A stretch of 64,000 nt of DNA. Source: Deltaproteobacteria bacterium. Its GTDB lineage: Bacteria; Desulfobacterota; DSM-4660; Desulfatiglandales; HGW-15. A program made the translations under genes and the position numbers. The notes below the pieces were generated by a model, which did no database searches, was not told the DNA's origin, and worked only from the letters and a program-made list of their open reading frames with translations. Location: contig JAFDHO010000001.1 in NCBI GenBank assembly GCA_019308745.1, positions 13,905-77,904 on the forward strand, in the 5' to 3' direction. How positions within the stretch are numbered: position 1 is the first letter of the stretch; every line of letters starts with the position of its first letter. Below are positions 60,233 through 64,000 of the stretch, piece by piece.

Positions 60233-60951
60233 TTTGTGAGTCGGCCTTTCCGGACAATCAGGGTGGTCAGGTACGGGGGCCGGTCTCCGTTGGGCCCCCG
60301 CAAAGATTGCACGATCCGCTCTCCCTCTAAGCCGCACCGGCTTACCAGCACCGAGTCTTCTTTCAGTTCCAGCTCCTCCAGGGCCTCCAGGATCTCCCTG
60401 TAGTTCTTATAGACCTTGAGCATGACAATGCTGTCTGCCGCATCAATGACTTCCTTCAGTTTCCGTGCCCCCATGGCCCCGGATATCACCGTGAAAGACC
60501 CCTCGGCCTCGGCGAGGATGCTTCCGCTCGCGGCCGCGGCAGCCTGGTAAGAAGATATTCCGGGAACTATTTCAATGGACACATCCGGTGCAGCGGACCT
60601 TATGGTCCGCATTATGTAGCCGAATGTGCTGTATATCATGGGATCACCCAGGGTTACGAAGGCGGCATCCTCCCCCCGGTTCAGCCTGTCCAAAATGGAG
60701 TCCGCGTTCCTCTTCCATGCGCACTCCAGTTCCTCCTTTGAGCGAGTCATGGGAAAGTCCAGCCGCACTACGGGCGTGCTTGGCGGAACATGGGGCGATA
60801 TGATCTCCTTGGCCAGGGAATAGTTGTTCTTGCTCGAATGGGCAGCAAAGATCACGGGCACTTGATTGAGGATTCTCACTGCCTTCAGGGACAGAAGTTC
60901 CGGATCACCGGGGCCCACCCCAACTCCGTATAATGTTCCTCGCTCTTTCAT
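60229..60951 (-). CDS. cbiL: Cobalt-precorrin-2 C20-methyltransferase
   Basis: LYGVGVGPGDPELLSLKAVRIL, 240 aa. Confidence 0.85.
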   Translation of the reverse strand: MKERGTLYGVGVGPGDPELLSLKAVRILNQVPVIFAAHSSKNNYSLAKEIISPHVPPSTPVVRLDFPMTRSKEELECAWKRNADSILDRLNRGEDAAFVTLGDPMIYSTFGYIMRTIRSAAPDVSIEIVPGISSYQAAAAASGSILAEAEGSFTVISGAMGARKLKEVIDAADSIVMLKVYKNYREILEALEELELKEDSVLVSRCGLEGERIVQSLRGPNGDRPPYLTTLIVRKGRLTK

Positions 60952-61040
60952 CAGTCTTTCTCCTACTGTAATGATTCGGGTCCAAAGGACCCGGCTTCGG
61001 GCGAGCCAATGAACTACCCCGCCCCAAGCAGCGGGGTATC

Positions 61041-61146
61041 AAGAATTCAGAAGCCAGAATTCAGGAGACAGAATAAGACAACCAGACAAATGGCTTGATA
61101 TTAGCCTTGTTCTTCTGGGTTCTGGATTCTGACTCCTAGATTCTCC
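61041..61146. repeat. Low-complexity palindromic intergenic element, family copy 2
   Basis: AGAAGCCAGAAT at 61049-61060 and TTCTGGATTCTGACTCCT at 61120-61137 are identical to segments of the 23008-23135 element. Confidence 0.8.
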
Positions 61147-61273
61147 GCCGGGATGCTAAAGCATAGCCTTTCGCCTCTGACTCCCGCTATGCGGGGAGGA
61201 CCAGGTTTTCCCATGAGCAACAAAATCCCTTCCCAGGCCCCCGCAGCCATTCCATTGGCCGACAGCTAAAGCA

Positions 61274-62212
61274 CTATTGCCCGCCAGGCCCGAAGTACTC
61301 CGGATACAGTATCCGTGCAATAGACCGGATTCCCTTCAACAGGTGGGGCGTGGGCCTTGACACCATCTTTTCGTCAACCAGGTGTATCCGGCCCGTCCTG
61401 ACCGCCTTTATGACCCCGAAGCCGCCCTCCGCCCGAATGGCATCAATGGTCACCCGGTTCATTGGACCCTGCTGGGCCAGGTAGACATCGATCTCATCGG
61501 CCCTGGCCATTATCCTCTCCTTGCCGTATTCGGCTATGTTCGTATTGCGAACCGTAACAGCATCCGTGGCCACATTTACACCCCCCGCCGCCTCAAGACA
61601 GAATATGGCGATGGAAGAAGGAGAAAAGGTCTTCATCTTGCTGTGAATGGATTCGAAGTAGACCCTCTTCCTCTTCGCGGCCGGCATCCGGGAAAGGACG
61701 GATGAAATTTCTTCCAGTCCTTGTTTAAACCGGGCAATCATCTCTTCCGCCTCTCGGGATTTTCCTATCAAAAGCCCCAGGGCCCTCCAGTATTCGTACA
61801 TCTCCTCCGCCGACCTGGGCTGGAGAGACGCCACGGTCACCCCGGTCTGCTCCAGCTTTCGGACCAGGTTCGGGTAACCCCTGTCTATCATGGGCCTGAT
61901 GAGTACCAGATCAGGAGCAGCCGCCAGGAACCGCTCCGGCCCGTCGTGATAGGTGAAGACCGGCCTGGACTTCAGTTGCTCCACGGTCTTGTCAGCCCTG
62001 GTGATGCCCACTAACTCACGATCGACGCCCAGTTCCAGGAGGTTGACCGTGTGGGCGCCGTATAAGGATATGATCCTCCTGAAAGGCCGCTCAACCGGGA
62101 TGCGACGACCTCCCTGGTCCAGGACGACCGCTGACCCTGCCAGCGAGCTCGAAGGCGCCAACAAAACCGGGACAACCAAGAGCCACGAGATGCTGGCGAG
62201 CCTGAACCACAT
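61274..62212 (-). CDS. ABC-transporter periplasmic binding protein, BtuF/FhuD (cluster A-II) type
   Basis: The start is set at ATG 62212 (MWFRLASISWLLVVPVLLAPSSSLAGS signal peptide). Contains RIISLYGAHTVNLLELGVDRELVGIT. Confidence 0.75.
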   Translation of the reverse strand: MWFRLASISWLLVVPVLLAPSSSLAGSAVVLDQGGRRIPVERPFRRIISLYGAHTVNLLELGVDRELVGITRADKTVEQLKSRPVFTYHDGPERFLAAAPDLVLIRPMIDRGYPNLVRKLEQTGVTVASLQPRSAEEMYEYWRALGLLIGKSREAEEMIARFKQGLEEISSVLSRMPAAKRKRVYFESIHSKMKTFSPSSIAIFCLEAAGGVNVATDAVTVRNTNIAEYGKERIMARADEIDVYLAQQGPMNRVTIDAIRAEGGFGVIKAVRTGRIHLVDEKMVSRPTPHLLKGIRSIARILYPEYFGPGGQ

Positions 62213-62219
62213 ATCGCGC

Positions 62220-63032
62220 TCAATGGGCAGTTTCACTTCTCCCATTGGTCTTGAAGAAGACCTGTTTTGTCCCGTCAATGGGGTTTGTCATAATGGTACA
62301 GGGCACGCCAAAGGTATCCATGACATTTTCCGCGTTGAGCACGTCCCTGGTTTGGCCCTGCGCCACGGCACACCCTTCTTTGAGGAAGACCATCCTGTCG
62401 CAGAAGCCTCCCGCCAGGTTGAGGTCATGGAAAGTGGCTATTACCGTGCGCCCGTTCTTTTCCACCTCCTCAGCCACGCTACGGAGACAGAGGAATGTAT
62501 AGTATATGTCCATGTTCGAGGTGGCCTCGTCCAGCAAGAGGATGCGCGTGTCCTGGGCAAGGGCGCGGGCAAAGATCACCCGCTGTTTCTCGCCGCCGCT
62601 CAACCGGGTGATATACCGCTGCCGGAAGGGCGTAAGTTCCAACCTCTCCATCACTTCCTCTGCTATCTTCCTGTCCCGCACAGAGGGTGAAGATAATCTG
62701 CCACGGTAGGGATGCCGCCCCATCAGGATGATCTCCTCCACGGTAAAGGTAAAGCTGATATGGTACTCCTGGGGCACCAGGGCCAGCTCCCGGGCCAATA
62801 CCCTCCTGTTGTAACCGCCCGCCTCTTTTCCCCTTACGAGCACGCTCCCTGACACAGGTCTCTTGGCTCCCAGTATCAGGTCCAGAAGGGTGGTCTTGCC
62901 GCACCCGTTGGGACCAACGAGCCCGTAGAAGTGTCCTGCCTCCACATCCAGCGAGACTCCCCTCAGGACCTCCTTTGGGCCATAGGAAAAACGAAGGCCA
63001 CTTACTCGAACAATGTTTCCCTCTCTACCCAT
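62220..63032 (-). CDS. ABC-transporter ATPase, BtuD/FepC type
   Basis: Walker A GPNGCGKTT, signature LSGGEKQRV, Walker B LLLDEATS. Confidence 0.9.
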   Translation of the reverse strand: MGREGNIVRVSGLRFSYGPKEVLRGVSLDVEAGHFYGLVGPNGCGKTTLLDLILGAKRPVSGSVLVRGKEAGGYNRRVLARELALVPQEYHISFTFTVEEIILMGRHPYRGRLSSPSVRDRKIAEEVMERLELTPFRQRYITRLSGGEKQRVIFARALAQDTRILLLDEATSNMDIYYTFLCLRSVAEEVEKNGRTVIATFHDLNLAGGFCDRMVFLKEGCAVAQGQTRDVLNAENVMDTFGVPCTIMTNPIDGTKQVFFKTNGRSETAH

Positions 63033-64000
63033 TTTGTGCCGTGAACTGATAACGCTTCTTGAATATATAACAGAAGATCGGTCCGCCGATCATAGCTGTC
63101 AGCACCCCGATGGGGACCTCACTCGGCAAAAGGGCCCGGGTTACCGTATCCGCTGCAAGGAGCAAGATCGCACCTGCCAGTGCGGAGCACGGGAGCAATC
63201 GCCTGTTGTCCGCGCCCGTGAAAAACCTCAGGAGGTGAGGGATAATGAGTCCCACAAACCCGATGATCCCGGAAACCGACACACAGACCGCCGTCATCAA
63301 AGAGGCCGTTATGAGCAAGGTTACCCTCAACCGGTTGGCCTTTACTCCCAGGGACACGGCTGATCTGTCCCCCAGGGAGAGGATATTGAGGTCCCCTGCA
63401 TAGAACAGGCACACCAGCCCTCCCCCTGTCACAAAGATCAATGTCATCAACACATCCGACCAGTTCTTGGATGCAAAGCTCCCCATGAGCCAGAAGATGA
63501 TCACTGAAACGTGTTCGTCCGCAATATACTTCAAAAAACTTATGGCCGCGGAAAGTATGGCCGCCGCAATAATGCCGGACAGGATCAGGCTGTTGGACGA
63601 CACATCTCCACCCTGGGCAGAGAGGAACACCACGGCGGCCAGTGTTCCCACCGCGCCGAGAAAGGCGAACAGGGGTACGGAGTATAATCCCATGAGGGTG
63701 ATGTTAAACAAAAGCGCCACGGAAGCCCCGAAGGCAGCCCCCGCGGATATGCCCAGCGTGTAGGGATCGGCCAGAGGGTTGAGCAATATCCCCTGGAACA
63801 CCACGCCTGCCATGGCAAGGCCGGCCCCCACTATCACGCTGGTGAGTATCCTGGGCAATCTCACATCCAGTACGACGTAGGGCAGCACCTTGTCTATGCC
63901 TCTGGGCAGTTCCTCACTCCCTGTCATTCCGGCTATCATGACCCGTACAACGTCCACCCAGGGGGCCTTTATGAACCCCATGCCACTGGAAAAGATCACG
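63025..64000 (-). CDS. ABC-transporter permease, BtuC/FecCD type (5' end beyond the window)
   Basis: Polytopic FecCD-like sequence (LLITASLMTAVCVSVSGIIGFVGLIIPHLLR). The ORF is still open at the window edge. Confidence 0.85.
   Translation of the reverse strand, partial: VIFSSGMGFIKAPWVDVVRVMIAGMTGSEELPRGIDKVLPYVVLDVRLPRILTSVIVGAGLAMAGVVFQGILLNPLADPYTLGISAGAAFGASVALLFNITLMGLYSVPLFAFLGAVGTLAAVVFLSAQGGDVSSNSLILSGIIAAAILSAAISFLKYIADEHVSVIIFWLMGSFASKNWSDVLMTLIFVTGGGLVCLFYAGDLNILSLGDRSAVSLGVKANRLRVTLLITASLMTAVCVSVSGIIGFVGLIIPHLLRFFTGADNRRLLPCSALAGAILLLAADTVTRALLPSEVPIGVLTAMIGGPIFCYIFKKRYQFTAQNG

Noticed and set aside
61150-61273. Possible cobalamin riboswitch upstream of cbiL (minus strand), suggested by the fragments GGGAA, CCCCGC and AGUCAG.
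   Set aside because: The conserved core (GGUG.AA.UCC loop, GCCACUG, full B12 box AGUCAGGAGACCUGCC) is absent, and the matching fragments are in the wrong order. A covariance-model scan would be needed to revive it.

Overview
The window looks like DNA from a strictly anaerobic, moderately GC-rich bacterium. The gene content (reductive dehalogenase, tungsten AOR, desulforedoxin-like proteins, anaerobic cbi pathway) suggests a syntrophic or sulfate-reducer-like lineage, but taxonomy is inference only. There are no rRNA genes, tRNA genes or CRISPR arrays. Positions 1-46100 form a dense catabolic island. It holds the 3' end of a molybdopterin oxidoreductase, a TRAP transporter (dctPQM type) and an rdhA/rdhB reductive-dehalogenase pair. 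It also holds two crotonases, two tandem desulforedoxin-like mini-proteins, three family-III CoA-transferase genes (one a tandem fusion) and a 4-hydroxybutyrate-CoA-transferase-like gene. Further genes are an amidohydrolase, MoaD-like plus ThiF/MoeB-like genes, a UbiD-type decarboxylase, a tungsten AOR with polyferredoxin and a four-subunit 2-oxoacid:ferredoxin oxidoreductase. Beyond these lie an alpha-beta-alpha set of cytoplasmic Mo/W-pterin enzymes, a 2-hydroxyacid dehydrogenase, a small regulatory module, an AprAB-like flavoprotein pair and a xanthine-dehydrogenase-family operon with an acyl-CoA ligase. Positions 46900-64000 carry a tightly coupled anaerobic cobalamin (cbi) operon and a BtuCDF-like ABC importer. 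The strongest non-obvious signals are these. (1) Five promoters of identical geometry share the palindrome AAACGATCGTTT, which ties the transporter, the dehalogenase and the CoA-transferase/UbiD/AOR operons into one apparent regulon. (2) The RdhA has a decayed Tat signal but keeps its RdhB anchor. (3) A 274-bp element with perfect 24-bp terminal inverted repeats supplies the last 13 codons of cbiB, and a third repeat copy brackets two cargo-like genes. (4) A family of low-complexity palindromic intergenic repeats is present. (5) A strongly structured leader of about 160 nt precedes a Cys-rich mini-protein and a GAF-DHp protein that has no ATPase domain.
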